Of a stretch of 64,000 nucleotides of DNA, positions 35,837-46,534 are shown piece by piece. The stretch lies in contig JBEKTW010000001.1 of the NCBI GenBank assembly GCA_049515655.1, forward strand, positions 419 through 64,418. Direction: 5' to 3'. Made by a program: the position numbers and the translations under genes. The notes beneath the pieces are model-generated. The model made no database searches. It had not been told where the DNA came from and worked only from the letters and a program-made list of their open reading frames with translations. Each line of letters begins with the position of its first letter. The stretch's first letter is position 1. This stretch comes from Bacteroidota bacterium. Lineage in GTDB: Bacteria > Bacteroidota > Ignavibacteria > UBA10030 > SZUA-254.

Positions 35837-36612
35837 TCAGTCGTTTGCCGATTGTTGCTCCATCCGGCTCTGGAGGATCTCGCCGACCCAACCGCCCACA
35901 AGGCTGAGAAGGAAACAGACGATCAATGCGACAACGATGTATCCGAGGGGCAGCCACGCGCTGAAACCAAGGTACACGGAGATGAAGTTCACAACCACGA
36001 GAACAATCCCGGCGACGGCGGCTTCCTTGATGGTGACCCCGGGCGAGCGATAGCCCGTGACGATACCTGTCACGACGAAGCTAAGTCCCAGCGATACGAG
36101 AATTTGCGTCACACCGAAATGGAAGACGGCGAAAAGGATGAACACGGACAGGTTATTCAACAGAAAACCGATCACTACTCCGGTGGCGACCCACGGTAAG
36201 CTCATCTTCGAGTTGTCGGTGGAGGCAGTCGCAAGCGTTCCCTGCAGTTGTTCGCCGACCCATGCACCGAGCATCGAGAGAAAGAATCCAAGCGCGAGTG
36301 CGAATATCCAATAACCCGGCGAGAGCGTGATATTGAAGCCGAACGTCAGAACGAGGAGCGTGAAAACCATCAGAATGACTCCCGAGGCGGCTGCTTCCCG
36401 GATTGTTATGCCGGGGGATTTGTAGCCGACGATGATCCCCGTGATGACAAAACAGAGGCTCGCGATGAGGGTCGGCACGTAGGGATTATGAAACTGGGAG
36501 CTGGCGAGGGCGACGAAGCTCGTGACAAGAACGGCGCCGAAGACAACTCCTACCCAGACCCACTTCCATTGCAAGGGTGAGGGCGTTTGCGTTGTTTCCT
36601 GGTTTTCCATGA
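35837..36612 (-). CDS. membrane protein with internal tandem duplication (GY[KR]SPG[IV]TI[RK]EAA motif twice)
   Basis: Start at MENQETTQ, which has an aaaggag RBS. Two homologous halves, each with ...TGI(I/V)(V/T)GY(K/R)SPG(I/V)TI(R/K)EAA(A/V)(S/A)G(V/I)(I/V)L... and ...G(A/G)WVGE(Q/I)LQ. Confidence 0.55.
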
Positions 36613-36651
36613 AATGCTCCTTTATTGAATTGGTTTGGTAATGTGACTTAA

Positions 36652-37638
36652 TTAATTGGTTCCTACGATACAATTGATAGCCACCACATTGACGATGTCT
36701 TCCACGCTACAGCCTCGTGAAAGGTCAAAGGCAGGTTTGTTCAAACCCTGTACAATCGGGCCGATCGCCTCGGCACCGCCCAGTCGCTGTGCGAGCTTGT
36801 AGCCGATATTGCCCGCATTAAGGTCAGGAAAAATCAGGACGTTCGCGTTTCCCTCAACCGGACTGCCGGGGGACTTTGATCGGGCCACGCCGGGAACAAT
36901 CGCCGCGTCGAGCTGCAGCTCGCCGTCGACGCACAGGGAGGGGGCTTTCCGTTTCACGACCGCGGTTGCCTGTTGCACTTTTTCGACGAGCGGGTGGGAG
37001 GCGCTTCCTTTGGTGGAGAACGACAACATCGCAACCCTTGGCTCTTCGCCCAGTAACTTCTTATGATTTTCCGCGGTGGTGATGGCGATGTCGGCGAGTT
37101 GTTCAAACGTCGGGTCAGGAACCACGGCACAGTCCGAAAACGAAAAGACCTTGTGGGGAAATACCATCAGGAAGAAACTCGATACGATGCTGATCCCTTC
37201 CTTGACGCCGATAACCTGGATGCCGGCACGCAAAACATCCCCCGTTGTCGAAAGAGAGCCGGCGACGCTTCCGTTCGCCAGGCCCTCGCGTACCATCATC
37301 GCTCCGAAGAAGAGCGGATGGGTCATTGTCTTTTGCGCCTGCGCGAATTCGATGCCCTTCGATTTTCTCAGGTTGTAGAAGATGTGCGAGAAATCGGAGA
37401 GTTTGTCGGATCTCTCTGGGTCGGTAAGGCGAATTCCGTTGAGCGCGACGTTTAACAACTGGGCTTTCTCGCGAATCTTGTTCTCATCGCCGATGAGAAT
37501 GATATTCGCGATCCCAGCGTCTGTAACCAAACGGGCCGCCTTTATCGCGCGTTCATCGAGCGCGTCCGGGAAGACCACGGTTCGCTTGAGTTTCTTTGCT
37601 TGTTCTTTGACAGATGTTAAAAGTTCAGAGGGAATCAT
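36652..37638 (-). CDS. pta: phosphate acetyl/butyryltransferase
   Basis: 328 aa. The length and segments such as [24 protein letters not shown] and [27 protein letters not shown] are typical of Pta/Ptb. Confidence 0.8.
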   Translation of the reverse strand: MIPSELLTSVKEQAKKLKRTVVFPDALDERAIKAARLVTDAGIANIILIGDENKIREKAQLLNVALNGIRLTDPERSDKLSDFSHIFYNLRKSKGIEFAQAQKTMTHPLFFGAMMVREGLANGSVAGSLSTTGDVLRAGIQVIGVKEGISIVSSFFLMVFPHKVFSFSDCAVVPDPTFEQLADIAITTAENHKKLLGEEPRVAMLSFSTKGSASHPLVEKVQQATAVVKRKAPSLCVDGELQLDAAIVPGVARSKSPGSPVEGNANVLIFPDLNAGNIGYKLAQRLGGAEAIGPIVQGLNKPAFDLSRGCSVEDIVNVVAINCIVGTN

Positions 37639-37859
37639 TGCTAGTTCTTTTTCTTCTGTTATTTACATGAATGATAGAAAACTTGTGAGCCCAATATACG
37701 ATTTTTCTCTCTATTCTTCAATCCAAAGTATCCTGCCTTCTTGTCAATTCCTGTGCCGGCGTATCAGAACAAAACTCTTGAATTCATGGTCAAAATCGTT
37801 GATTTGCAAAGTCCTGCTTGATTATCTGACATTTTTTCCGTATCTTTACCAGCGAAATC

Positions 37860-39245
37860 ATGCAGAAAAAGCGTGTCTATATAGAAACGTATGGTTGCCA
37901 GATGAACGTGGCAGACTCCGAGACCATATTGAGCCTCCTGACGCGGGAGGATCATGAAATCACCAACACCATCGGAGACGCAGATGTTATTCTGGTGAAT
38001 ACATGCAGTGTGCGGGAGAATGCGGAGCAGCGGGTCTACGGACGGCTTGGAGAATTCAAGCGTCTCAAGGCAAAGAAGCCCGGGGTTGTTGTTGGAGTGC
38101 TTGGATGCATGGCTGAACGCTTACGGACCAAATTGACGGGAGAAAAAGCCAATGGCGTTGGCCATGTTGTCGATGTCATCGTCGGTCCGGATGAATATCG
38201 CAAACTGCCGGGGCTTATTCGAAAAGCCTGGCACGGCGAGCAAGGTGTAGCCGTCCAGCTTTCGCGTGTTGAAACGTACGACGATATCATTCCATTGCGA
38301 ACGGAAGGCATCAGCGCTTGGGTATCGGTGATGCGGGGGTGCGACAAGTTCTGCTCCTTCTGCGTTGTCCCCTTTACCCGTGGCCGCGAGCGAAGCCGCT
38401 CTTCCGGCAGCATCGTACGCGAGGTCGGCGAGCTTTCGGCTCGTGGGTTCAAGGAAGTTACCCTTCTCGGACAAAACGTGAATTCGTACCGTGACGGCGA
38501 TTACGATTTCTCCGACCTTTTGAAAGCGGTCGCCCTCGTCAATTCCTCGATTCGTGTCAGGTTCACGACCTCACACCCACAGGATATGTCCGATAAGCTT
38601 ATCGAGACGATAGCGAGGTATCCGAATATCTGCAAATATATCCATCTGCCTGTGCAATCCGGTTCGGATAGAGTTCTGAACTTGATGAATCGAACGTATG
38701 ACCGTGCTCACTACATGCGTCTTGTCGGAAGAATCAAGGAGGCGATTCCCGATGTCTGTCTTTCGACCGACGTCATCGCGGGTTTCCCGACGGAGACGGA
38801 AGAGGACCACCGCCAGACGATGGGGCTGTTGGAGGAAGTGAGTTATGACGGCGCCTTCATGTTCAAGTATTCTCCCCGTGAAAACACACCCGCCTACAAA
38901 ATGGGCGACGATGTTCCCGATGAGGAAAAATCACGGCGCATATCTGAAATTATTGAACTGCAAACCCGGATGGCGAACTTGAAAAACCAGCGGCTCGTCG
39001 GTCGGACGGTGGAAATACTGGTTGAGGGTCTCAGCAAGAAATCTGCCGATGAATGGAGCGGTCGGACGGATGGAAATAAGACAGTAGTGTTTCCGAAAGA
39101 TGGTTTCAAAGCTGGAGACTACGTTCGGGTGGCGATCGACCGCGCGAATTCCGCGACATTGTTCGGTCATACAACGGGTAGTAGAGTTAATCCCGGCCCG
39201 CGATTGGAATCAACGGTCGGAACCGCACGAAGATGTGCACCATGA
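37860..39245 (+). CDS. miaB: tRNA (i6A37) methylthiotransferase
   Basis: N-terminal MTTase motif VYIETYGCQMN, radical SAM cluster GCDKFCSFCVVP, and a C-terminal TRAM domain. Confidence 0.9.
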   Translation: MQKKRVYIETYGCQMNVADSETILSLLTREDHEITNTIGDADVILVNTCSVRENAEQRVYGRLGEFKRLKAKKPGVVVGVLGCMAERLRTKLTGEKANGVGHVVDVIVGPDEYRKLPGLIRKAWHGEQGVAVQLSRVETYDDIIPLRTEGISAWVSVMRGCDKFCSFCVVPFTRGRERSRSSGSIVREVGELSARGFKEVTLLGQNVNSYRDGDYDFSDLLKAVALVNSSIRVRFTTSHPQDMSDKLIETIARYPNICKYIHLPVQSGSDRVLNLMNRTYDRAHYMRLVGRIKEAIPDVCLSTDVIAGFPTETEEDHRQTMGLLEEVSYDGAFMFKYSPRENTPAYKMGDDVPDEEKSRRISEIIELQTRMANLKNQRLVGRTVEILVEGLSKKSADEWSGRTDGNKTVVFPKDGFKAGDYVRVAIDRANSATLFGHTTGSRVNPGPRLESTVGTARRCAP

Positions 39246-40063
39246 GAGAGCAACGTGCCAATAGAAGACTTCTTTTTAGGTCGCTGTTTCTCGCTTGGAT
39301 GAGCTTCAGCCTCACTCATAGCTCACTGCTCCTCGCTCAAAGCTCCGACGAAGAGGTTAAGTCATATATCGATAAGCTGGAGAAGGGGCAGACGGATGAA
39401 GTCAAGAAAGCACTGCCTGACCTTGCTGCTAAGTATCAGAACCAACCCGGGGTCATATACCTCCAGGGACGATTGGCGTCCAACGGGATTGAAGCGGTGA
39501 AATTGTATCAATCGGTGGTGACCAATTTCCCCAAGAGTGAATGGGCAGACGAGGCGCTCTACCGCATCTACCAGTATTACTACGCTATGGGTCTGTATCG
39601 TACCGCGGAAGCGAAGCTCCAGCAGTTGAAACGGGACTACCCCAATTCTCCGTACGCTGCCACAACGCCCGGCGGAGAACTGTCTTCCCGAAAGGATAGT
39701 GGATCGCAGATCGTCAGGAAACAACCTCCCGTAGATACGTCGACGTCGAACGAGGACCGAGAGGCGCCGGCCGTTGACACAAAACCCGTTTCCAGGATTC
39801 CGCCGCCTTCGCCGGCCCCTGTTGAAAAAAAAGGAAAGTACACACTGCAAGTCGGAGCATTTACGACTGCCGCGAATGCACAGAAGCAAAAGAGATTCTT
39901 TGAAAATCTGGGTTACTCCGCCGAAATTACGAACAAAGTGCGCGGGGGCAAAAGTCTCTTTGTGGTGCTGGTCGGCTCGTTCGATAGCACCAACGAGGCG
40001 AAGGTCGTTGCCAGGCAAGTGAAATCGAGATACAAGATTAGTCCGATGGTCGTGGAGAGGTAG
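39242..40063 (+). CDS. SPOR-domain protein with N-terminal TPR-like region
   Basis: Signal/anchor, then a C-terminal SPOR segment YTLQVGAFTTAANAQKQKRFFENLGY...LFVVLVGSFDSTNEAKVVARQVK. The start is uncertain (39233 or 39242) and overlaps the miaB stop. Confidence 0.65.
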   Translation: MREQRANRRLLFRSLFLAWMSFSLTHSSLLLAQSSDEEVKSYIDKLEKGQTDEVKKALPDLAAKYQNQPGVIYLQGRLASNGIEAVKLYQSVVTNFPKSEWADEALYRIYQYYYAMGLYRTAEAKLQQLKRDYPNSPYAATTPGGELSSRKDSGSQIVRKQPPVDTSTSNEDREAPAVDTKPVSRIPPPSPAPVEKKGKYTLQVGAFTTAANAQKQKRFFENLGYSAEITNKVRGGKSLFVVLVGSFDSTNEAKVVARQVKSRYKISPMVVER

Positions 40064-40069
40064 GAGGCT

Positions 40070-41203
40070 ATGACGGGGCAGGAATTCCAGGACAAATCGG
40101 GTATCATGGGCCAGTCGGTCGAGATCAGGGAGATCGTTGAAGTGATCCAGCAGGTTGCCTCAACCGACATTACCGTCCTGATTACCGGCGAGAGCGGCGT
40201 CGGGAAGGAAGTGATCGCAAAAGCGATTCACCGGGCAAGCAAGCGCTCGGGCAGGTCGATGATCTCCGTCAATGCCGGCGCGATTCCCGAGGGAATCATC
40301 GAGAGCGAGCTCTTTGGACATGAAAAAGGCGCTTTTACCGGAGCCTCCGAGACACGCAAAGGGTACTTCGAACTTGCCGACGGCGGAACGATTTTTCTCG
40401 ATGAAATCGGCGAGCTCCCCATCGGAACACAGGTCAAGTTTCTTCGCGTGCTGGAAAGCGGTGAATACATGCGCGTGGGTTCCGCGACTCCACGGAAGGT
40501 CGATGTTCGGATCATTGCCGCCACCAATAAAGACCTCGAATCGGAAGTCCGGCAGGAGAATTTTCGTGCTGACCTATTTTATCGCTTGCGTTCGGTCAAT
40601 ATTCGGATTCCTCCGCTGAGGGAGAGAAAAGAGGATATCCCGTTGTTTGTCGAGGAGTTCGCCAGGCAGATTGCCGCGAAAAACGACATTGTGTTCGGGG
40701 GTATTTCGGATGATGCGATGGAAATCCTGCAACGATACCACTGGCCGGGCAATGTCCGAGAGTTGCGTAATGTCATAGAAAGCATGCTGGTGATCGAGAA
40801 AGGCAGAAGAATCGAGGCAATTGATGTGAAAAAATATCTGAAAGAATTTCACGATAACGGACGCAATCTTCCGGTGCACACGCGGAGGACGCCTGAACAG
40901 GTGGAGCGGGAGTTGATTTACCGAGCGCTCCTTGAGGTGAAAAGCGACATCATGGCGTTGAAGCAAATGCTGGAGGAGCGCAAGGTGCCCGCCGATGCAA
41001 TGGCAGCACAATACGTTGACGCGAATGTGCGCACGGAACCGAACGGTCAGAATGAGCCCGTGCTGCCTCTCGAAGAGGTCGAAAAACGAATGATTATCGG
41101 CGCACTGGAAAGGTTTGAGAATAACCGCCGGCTCGCGGCGAAAGCGCTCAATATCAGCGAACGCACGCTCTACCGCAAGATCAAAGAATATCATCTGGAC
41201 TGA
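40070..41203 (+). CDS. sigma-54-dependent transcriptional activator (AAA+ plus Fis-type HTH, no receiver domain)
   Basis: Walker A GESGVGKE, the ESELFGHEKGAFTGA motif (GAFTGA), an arginine finger region, and a C-terminal HTH RRLAAKALNISERTLYRKIKEY. The protein starts essentially at the AAA+ domain. Confidence 0.85.
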   Translation: MTGQEFQDKSGIMGQSVEIREIVEVIQQVASTDITVLITGESGVGKEVIAKAIHRASKRSGRSMISVNAGAIPEGIIESELFGHEKGAFTGASETRKGYFELADGGTIFLDEIGELPIGTQVKFLRVLESGEYMRVGSATPRKVDVRIIAATNKDLESEVRQENFRADLFYRLRSVNIRIPPLRERKEDIPLFVEEFARQIAAKNDIVFGGISDDAMEILQRYHWPGNVRELRNVIESMLVIEKGRRIEAIDVKKYLKEFHDNGRNLPVHTRRTPEQVERELIYRALLEVKSDIMALKQMLEERKVPADAMAAQYVDANVRTEPNGQNEPVLPLEEVEKRMIIGALERFENNRRLAAKALNISERTLYRKIKEYHLD

Positions 41204-41241
41204 GAGTGACGATGAATCCCCGCGCTTACGAGAATGTCGAC

Positions 41242-41754
41242 ATGAAAAATCTTGCGCGATGGTTGATGGTTTTACTCGCCATCGTGAGCCTTGCCGGATG
41301 TGGAGGTTGCCCGTATTCATTTACGGGGTCGTCCGTGCCGCCGCATTTGAAAACGATCGGGATACCGCTGTTCGACGACCAGAGTGGATTTGGTGAGCCG
41401 AACTTGCGTGAGAATTTCACGAACAAATTGATAAGCCTCTTCCAGCAGGACAATAGCCTTGAAGTTGCGGACAAAACCCACGCCGATTCGATTCTGGAAG
41501 GAATCATCGCGAGCGTGCGCGATGACCCGTCGGTCGTCTCCACGGGAGAAACGGTGACGAAGCGCCGGGTGACCATTTCCGTCAAGGTCACCTACCAGGA
41601 TATGAAGCTCCGGAAGAAAGTGTGGGAGAGGGAGTTCTCCGGCTGGGGAGACTATGAAATCTCATCCGGTCTGGCGGAACGTACGACCGCGATCGCCGAC
41701 GCGATTCAGAAATTGGGGGAAGATATATTGAATGCCACGGTTTCAGGATGGTAA
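41242..41754 (+). CDS. LptE-like outer-membrane lipoprotein
   Basis: Lipoprotein signal MKNLARWLMVLLAIVSLAGC. The length and alternating beta-strand pattern are consistent with LptE-family proteins. An alternative upstream start lies at 41206. Confidence 0.45.
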   Translation: MKNLARWLMVLLAIVSLAGCGGCPYSFTGSSVPPHLKTIGIPLFDDQSGFGEPNLRENFTNKLISLFQQDNSLEVADKTHADSILEGIIASVRDDPSVVSTGETVTKRRVTISVKVTYQDMKLRKKVWEREFSGWGDYEISSGLAERTTAIADAIQKLGEDILNATVSGW

Positions 41755-41796
41755 CCAAAACAATTTTCGTAACAACAAGGTAATCATTGAACAGTT

Positions 41797-43362
41797 ATGT
41801 CTCTCCAGGATATCGTTATTGATGTCTATTTTGTCTCGCTGACCGTCTTGTTCTTGTTCGGGTCGAGCGGTTTTGTGATGATGTACTATTATTTCAAATA
41901 CCGGAAGAAACGGCCCGAACCACCTCCGGAGCTGAACGAATTTCCCGTAGTCACGCTGCAACTCCCCGTGTACAATGAATTGTACGTCGTTCGCCGCCTC
42001 ATCGACGCCGCGTGCAGGATCGTCTATCCCCCGGAGAAGCTCGAAATTCAGATCCTCGACGATTCAACGGATGAAACGTCCGCCGTGATCGCGGAGTGTA
42101 TCACTGCGCACCGGAAGCGCGGGGTGGAAATCAAGCATATCCAGCGCGCTAACCGCCAGGGTTACAAAGCCGGCGCGTTGAAGGAAGGATTGAAAACTGT
42201 GCGCGGGGAGTTTGTCGCAGTCTTCGACGCGGATTTCGTTCCCAGCCCGGATTTCCTGCTCGAAACGCTCCCGTATTTTTATCAAGATCCCGCCGTCGGT
42301 ATGGTGCAGACCCGCTGGGAACATCTCAACAGCGATTATTCGCTGCTGACGCGGGCCCAGGCAATGGCTCTCGACGCTCATTTTGTAATTGAACAGAATG
42401 TCAGAAACAAAGCGGGATTCTTCATCAACTTCAACGGTACCGGGGGGATCTGGCGGAAATCGTGCATCGAGGACGCCGGCAACTGGCAGGCCGATACGCT
42501 CACGGAAGACCTCGACCTGAGCTACCGCGCACAGCTCCGCGGCTGGAAATTCAAATTCCTTAATGATATCACCTCGCCTGCCGAGTTGCCTTCAGAAATC
42601 AACGCCCTGAAGACGCAGCAGTTTCGCTGGACGAAAGGTGCGATTGAAACCGCGAGAAAGATCCTCCCAAAGGTTTGGAAATCGGATATATCGTTGGAGA
42701 AGAAAATTCACGCCACGGTTCATCTTTCCAACAATATTGTGTTCCCGTTCATCCTTCTTGCCGGTATTTTGAATGTCCCGCTGATTTATATCAAACATGA
42801 AGGCGGTTATGAGACGTATTTTGCAATCATGGCCGTATTTGTGTTCGCGTTCCTCGGGTCGTTTCTGTTTTATCTCTATTCTCAGAAGGACGTGTATAAG
42901 GATTGGCACAAGAGAATACTGCTGTTTCCGCTCTTCATGGCCGGGAGTATGGGATTTGCCGTGAACAACACAAAGGCAGTCTTCGAAGGACTGTTCAAGA
43001 AGCGATCGGAATTCGTGCGAACGCCAAAGTACCATATCGTCGATAAGAAGGACTTCTGGATGGACAAAAAATACGTTCCGGCGAAGATGAGTTTCACGGT
43101 CATTATCGAAGTACTGCTGGCGTTGTATTGCCTGTTCGGCGTTGTTTCTTCCATCTATTATCTGGAGATCGCCGCCGTGCCTTTCCAGCTTCTGTTCTCC
43201 ATGGGATTCGGGATCGTGGCGACGCTCAGCTTGAAACATGCGTGGCTTGCCCGGAGACTCGCCCGTGCCGGCAGAAAACAGACGGGACCTCTCGCGGGGG
43301 CAGCGGTCGCTCTTGCTCCGGAATTCCAGACATCGCAAACAATCGAGCACGTAGAGGTATGA
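41797..43362 (+). CDS. processive family-2 glycosyltransferase (cellulose synthase/PNAG synthase-like)
   Basis: 521 aa. Catalytic motifs DDSTDET, DADF, QTRWEHLN and QQFRWTKG (QxxRW). Multiple TM helices at both ends. Confidence 0.8.
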   Translation: MSLQDIVIDVYFVSLTVLFLFGSSGFVMMYYYFKYRKKRPEPPPELNEFPVVTLQLPVYNELYVVRRLIDAACRIVYPPEKLEIQILDDSTDETSAVIAECITAHRKRGVEIKHIQRANRQGYKAGALKEGLKTVRGEFVAVFDADFVPSPDFLLETLPYFYQDPAVGMVQTRWEHLNSDYSLLTRAQAMALDAHFVIEQNVRNKAGFFINFNGTGGIWRKSCIEDAGNWQADTLTEDLDLSYRAQLRGWKFKFLNDITSPAELPSEINALKTQQFRWTKGAIETARKILPKVWKSDISLEKKIHATVHLSNNIVFPFILLAGILNVPLIYIKHEGGYETYFAIMAVFVFAFLGSFLFYLYSQKDVYKDWHKRILLFPLFMAGSMGFAVNNTKAVFEGLFKKRSEFVRTPKYHIVDKKDFWMDKKYVPAKMSFTVIIEVLLALYCLFGVVSSIYYLEIAAVPFQLLFSMGFGIVATLSLKHAWLARRLARAGRKQTGPLAGAAVALAPEFQTSQTIEHVEV

Positions 43363-44165
43363 ATCTCGCACAATTGGAAGCAAAGCTCAATCAGCACCCG
43401 CGCTCGCCGCTGTTCGCACGGCTGGCCGAGGAGCACCTCGCCGCCGAACGGGTAAAGGACGCCAAAGAACTGTGTCTCAGCGGGCTGCAGAAATATCCCG
43501 GCTATTTGACGGCACAGGTTATCCTTGCGAAATGCTATGCCGAGGAACAGCAGATCGATAAGGCTATTCAACTGATCGGTCAGGTGTCCGGCGCGTTCCC
43601 CGGAGCAACGGCACTCCAGGCGCTTCTCGCTCAGTTGAAGGCACTTCCGGCTTCGCAGCAAAGTGCCCCGCCGGCGGAAGGGCAGGCGGTGCAAGTGGTC
43701 GCGGCAGCAGAGTCACCCGCTGCCATCGAGCAGGCCCCCGTGGTTGTCGACACACCGGTGGTGGAGAAAATTCCGGAACCTAGCCCGGCGCCCCAAGTGA
43801 GTGAGATATCCGTCAAAGAAAGCCGGCCACTGGAGTCTTCAGAAATGGAACGGCCGCCAGTCGCGGAAGCGCCGCTGCCGGGTGGGCAGTGGGTGGGCAG
43901 TGGGCCGGCTCCAACTGTTCCTGAAGAGCCCGCGGGTCCGGCAAAGCCCGAATCGAAGCCGTTGTCGGACGAGTCAAGGATCGTGAGCAAGACATTGGCG
44001 GAAATCTACGTGGAACAAAATCAATTTGTAGAAGCAATACGAACGTATCAACTGCTGAAGAAACAGAAGCCTGAACTCACGGGAGAAATTGATAAGCGGA
44101 TCAAAGAGCTGGAAATAAAATTGCAGGTACGGCAAGTGGAATTTGGCAATCTTCTCCCATCGTGA
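43359..44165 (+). CDS. TPR-repeat protein with Pro/Ala-rich linker
   Basis: Start MNLAQLEAKL overlaps the GT2 stop (ATGA). Helical TPR-like N-terminal region and a C-terminal TPR unit (IYVEQNQFVEAIRTYQLLKK). Confidence 0.55.
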   Translation: MNLAQLEAKLNQHPRSPLFARLAEEHLAAERVKDAKELCLSGLQKYPGYLTAQVILAKCYAEEQQIDKAIQLIGQVSGAFPGATALQALLAQLKALPASQQSAPPAEGQAVQVVAAAESPAAIEQAPVVVDTPVVEKIPEPSPAPQVSEISVKESRPLESSEMERPPVAEAPLPGGQWVGSGPAPTVPEEPAGPAKPESKPLSDESRIVSKTLAEIYVEQNQFVEAIRTYQLLKKQKPELTGEIDKRIKELEIKLQVRQVEFGNLLPS

Positions 44166-44203
44166 ACTAACGTGTCGCTTCTCTCAGCAAGCGTCTCGGG
44201 CTG

Positions 44204-45094
44204 ATGCCGACTGAAGTGCTTAGTGTGAAGGCAATGTCCAAACGCATTCTCACTCTTGTACGACAAATTCTCGTCGCTGCGGTCGCAGCCATTCTCATCT
44301 GGTCGATTGTCATGATGATCTTCGAAAAGAAATTCATTTTCTTTCCGTCAAAGTATCCCGAAGGGATGTATGAAGACGCACGCTACATTCCGAACCTCCA
44401 GGAGTGCTGGATAAAAACTGAAGACGGGGTAAAACTTCATGCCTGGTTTGCTTCTGTCGACACTCCCATCGCTACACTGGTGATCTCCCACGGCAATGCC
44501 GGCAACATTTCTCACAGAAGCCAAATCATGATTAGATTGCTACGGACGGGCTTTAGTGTGTTGATGTACGACTATCGCGGCTACGGCAAGAGCGAAGGCG
44601 TACCGGATGAAGAAGGAGTGTACAAGGATGGACGTGCAGCCTTTGACTATGTGCTGACGCTTCATGGCGTTGATCCGGGTCGAGTTGTCCTGTGGGGAAC
44701 AAGCCTTGGCGGGGCAGTAGCTGTCGATGTCGCCACGCAGCGTCCCGCCGCTGCTTTGATTCTGGAGTCAACTTTTTCATCTGCAAAAGATATGGCCGCC
44801 GCCCTGTATCCTTTTCTTCCTGCAAGGTTTTTCGTTCGGTCTCAATTCAACTCCAACGACAAGATCCGGAATATCAGGATCCCGGTTCTGTGCATGCACG
44901 GCACCCGGGATGGGACTATTCCGTTCGGACTCGGGAAGAAACTGTTCAACGCTGCCAACGAGCCGAAGCAGTTTTACGAAATCGAGGGGGCAAATCACAA
45001 TGACACCTATATTGTCGGCGGTACTGAATACCTGGAACAAGCCCGCACCTTCGTTATTCGGCAACTGAGCCCCGTGGGAAATCTCCCCAACTGA
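44204..45094 (+). CDS. alpha/beta-hydrolase fold serine hydrolase
   Basis: N-terminal TM. HGNAGN oxyanion region and nucleophile elbow GTSLGG, with a downstream D and H. Confidence 0.8.
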   Translation: MPTEVLSVKAMSKRILTLVRQILVAAVAAILIWSIVMMIFEKKFIFFPSKYPEGMYEDARYIPNLQECWIKTEDGVKLHAWFASVDTPIATLVISHGNAGNISHRSQIMIRLLRTGFSVLMYDYRGYGKSEGVPDEEGVYKDGRAAFDYVLTLHGVDPGRVVLWGTSLGGAVAVDVATQRPAAALILESTFSSAKDMAAALYPFLPARFFVRSQFNSNDKIRNIRIPVLCMHGTRDGTIPFGLGKKLFNAANEPKQFYEIEGANHNDTYIVGGTEYLEQARTFVIRQLSPVGNLPN

Positions 45095-45242
45095 CAAGTG
45101 GCTGCGGCGATCCGGATGAAAGCATACCGGCCTTCCTTAAGCAACCATCATTTCAGACTCCGGCAAAGCCTTCCTGCAGGTGAAGAGAATGCTGTTGTTG
45201 AAATGAGTGGACCCTTCGCGCGAGACCCGTCTCATCCTTGAT

Positions 45243-45279
45243 TGAAAAAAAGTCCCGTTCCGTAGTGTCGGAGCGGGAC
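45243..45279 (-). terminator. rho-independent terminator of rpsT
   Basis: On the minus strand: GTCCCGCTCCGacactaCGGAACGGGAC followed by TTTTTTT. Confidence 0.7.
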
Positions 45280-45304
45280 CCGAGTTGTTGCCAGATCTCA
45301 GTTG

Positions 45305-45559
45305 CTACTTCAGAGAGGCTACGAATTTCGTAAGTTTCGATTTCTGGTTTGCGGCCTTGTTGCGGTGGATAACACCTTTGGATGCAAGTTGATCCAGGAG
45401 TTTTGATGCTCGACGCAGGGACGCAACCGCCTTCTCTTTTTCCTTCGACTGTCGTACTCGTTTGACCGCGGTTCTCATCAATGAAAGATAATGTCGATTT
45501 CTCTCATGATGCTTGACGGCCTGACGTGCCTGCTTTTCTGCTGAAAGATGTTGTGCCAT
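45305..45559 (-). CDS. rpsT: 30S ribosomal protein S20
   Basis: Start at MAQHLSAEKQARQAVKHHERNRHYLSLMRTAVKRVR... The S20 signature is present. The upstream part of the track ORF is non-coding. Confidence 0.85.
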   Translation of the reverse strand: MAQHLSAEKQARQAVKHHERNRHYLSLMRTAVKRVRQSKEKEKAVASLRRASKLLDQLASKGVIHRNKAANQKSKLTKFVASLK

Positions 45560-45618
45560 TACTCCAATTCCTTGTTGATGATGATTGACTATCAATATAA
45601 CGAGAAATTTCCAGAGAA

Positions 45619-46461
45619 TCAAAACAACGTGTAGCTGAGTCCGAGAGCGAGCCCTTCTTTGACCTGCGTTCGCGGGTCGACGTGCTTCTCGTTGATCAAC
45701 TGAACGTTGAGAATGGTGGTTATGTACTTGCTCACCCTGGCGGTGATGGAGCTGTTGTCGCGAACAACCACTACGTCCATTGTCTTGAACGGCTCAAAGA
45801 GCGACAACTGGGTCGTGAACAGAACGTTTTCGTCGAGATGCCAGTTGACTTCTATCACCGATTCGAAACCGCCGTCCACGGAAACCTTCTCGTTGTCCGT
45901 CGTATATTGCCTGAACTGATTCGTGATGATCTCGCGGAGGCCGAGGCCGAGTCGTGTTTTAATTTCCCTGATCGGCTGGAATCCCGCGCCGGCGGTTTGC
46001 GTGATATATGCGGGGTCGAAGAATTGGGAAACGGGAGTACCGATTCCCTGGGCGTTATAAACATACCCGGCGGCAAATTGTGTCTTTAACGTCGCCGAGA
46101 TGTACGGGTTGACATAGGAGTCAAGTTTATACGTCAGGACCGAGCCAAGGTCGATCATGTCGTCGGCTTTTCGGAGCCCCTCGTTCCCGAGCCGCGTCTG
46201 GCCGAACGCGAACTTGTAGATCGTCGTCCAGTTTGTCGGTGATTCTTCATCGACAGATCTGCCGGCGGCCGAAATCGTATACGAGAGAGCGCTCTCGCCC
46301 CCCTGCGCCCAGTCTGTGAACGCCACCTGCGTCATCGTCAGACCGGAGACAAGACTATTCTTCCAGCCTAACTCATGCACGGTTGGGGCGGGAGCGGCTT
46401 CCTGGGCTAAGGCGCTCGACAACAAGAAAACTACCACACAAAGAAAAATGCTGATTTTCAT
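45619..46461 (-). CDS. outer-membrane beta-barrel protein (DUF3078-like)
   Basis: Signal peptide MKISIFLCVVVFLLSSALAQ, alternating amphipathic strands, and a C-terminal ...LGLSYTLF aromatic terminus. Confidence 0.5.
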   Translation of the reverse strand: MKISIFLCVVVFLLSSALAQEAAPAPTVHELGWKNSLVSGLTMTQVAFTDWAQGGESALSYTISAAGRSVDEESPTNWTTIYKFAFGQTRLGNEGLRKADDMIDLGSVLTYKLDSYVNPYISATLKTQFAAGYVYNAQGIGTPVSQFFDPAYITQTAGAGFQPIREIKTRLGLGLREIITNQFRQYTTDNEKVSVDGGFESVIEVNWHLDENVLFTTQLSLFEPFKTMDVVVVRDNSSITARVSKYITTILNVQLINEKHVDPRTQVKEGLALGLSYTLF

Positions 46462-46534
46462 TTGCTAACCCTTCTCTTATATTCAAAAAATAGTGACGGT
46501 CGATGATGTCGGAGACCGGAACCGATGCAATGAG

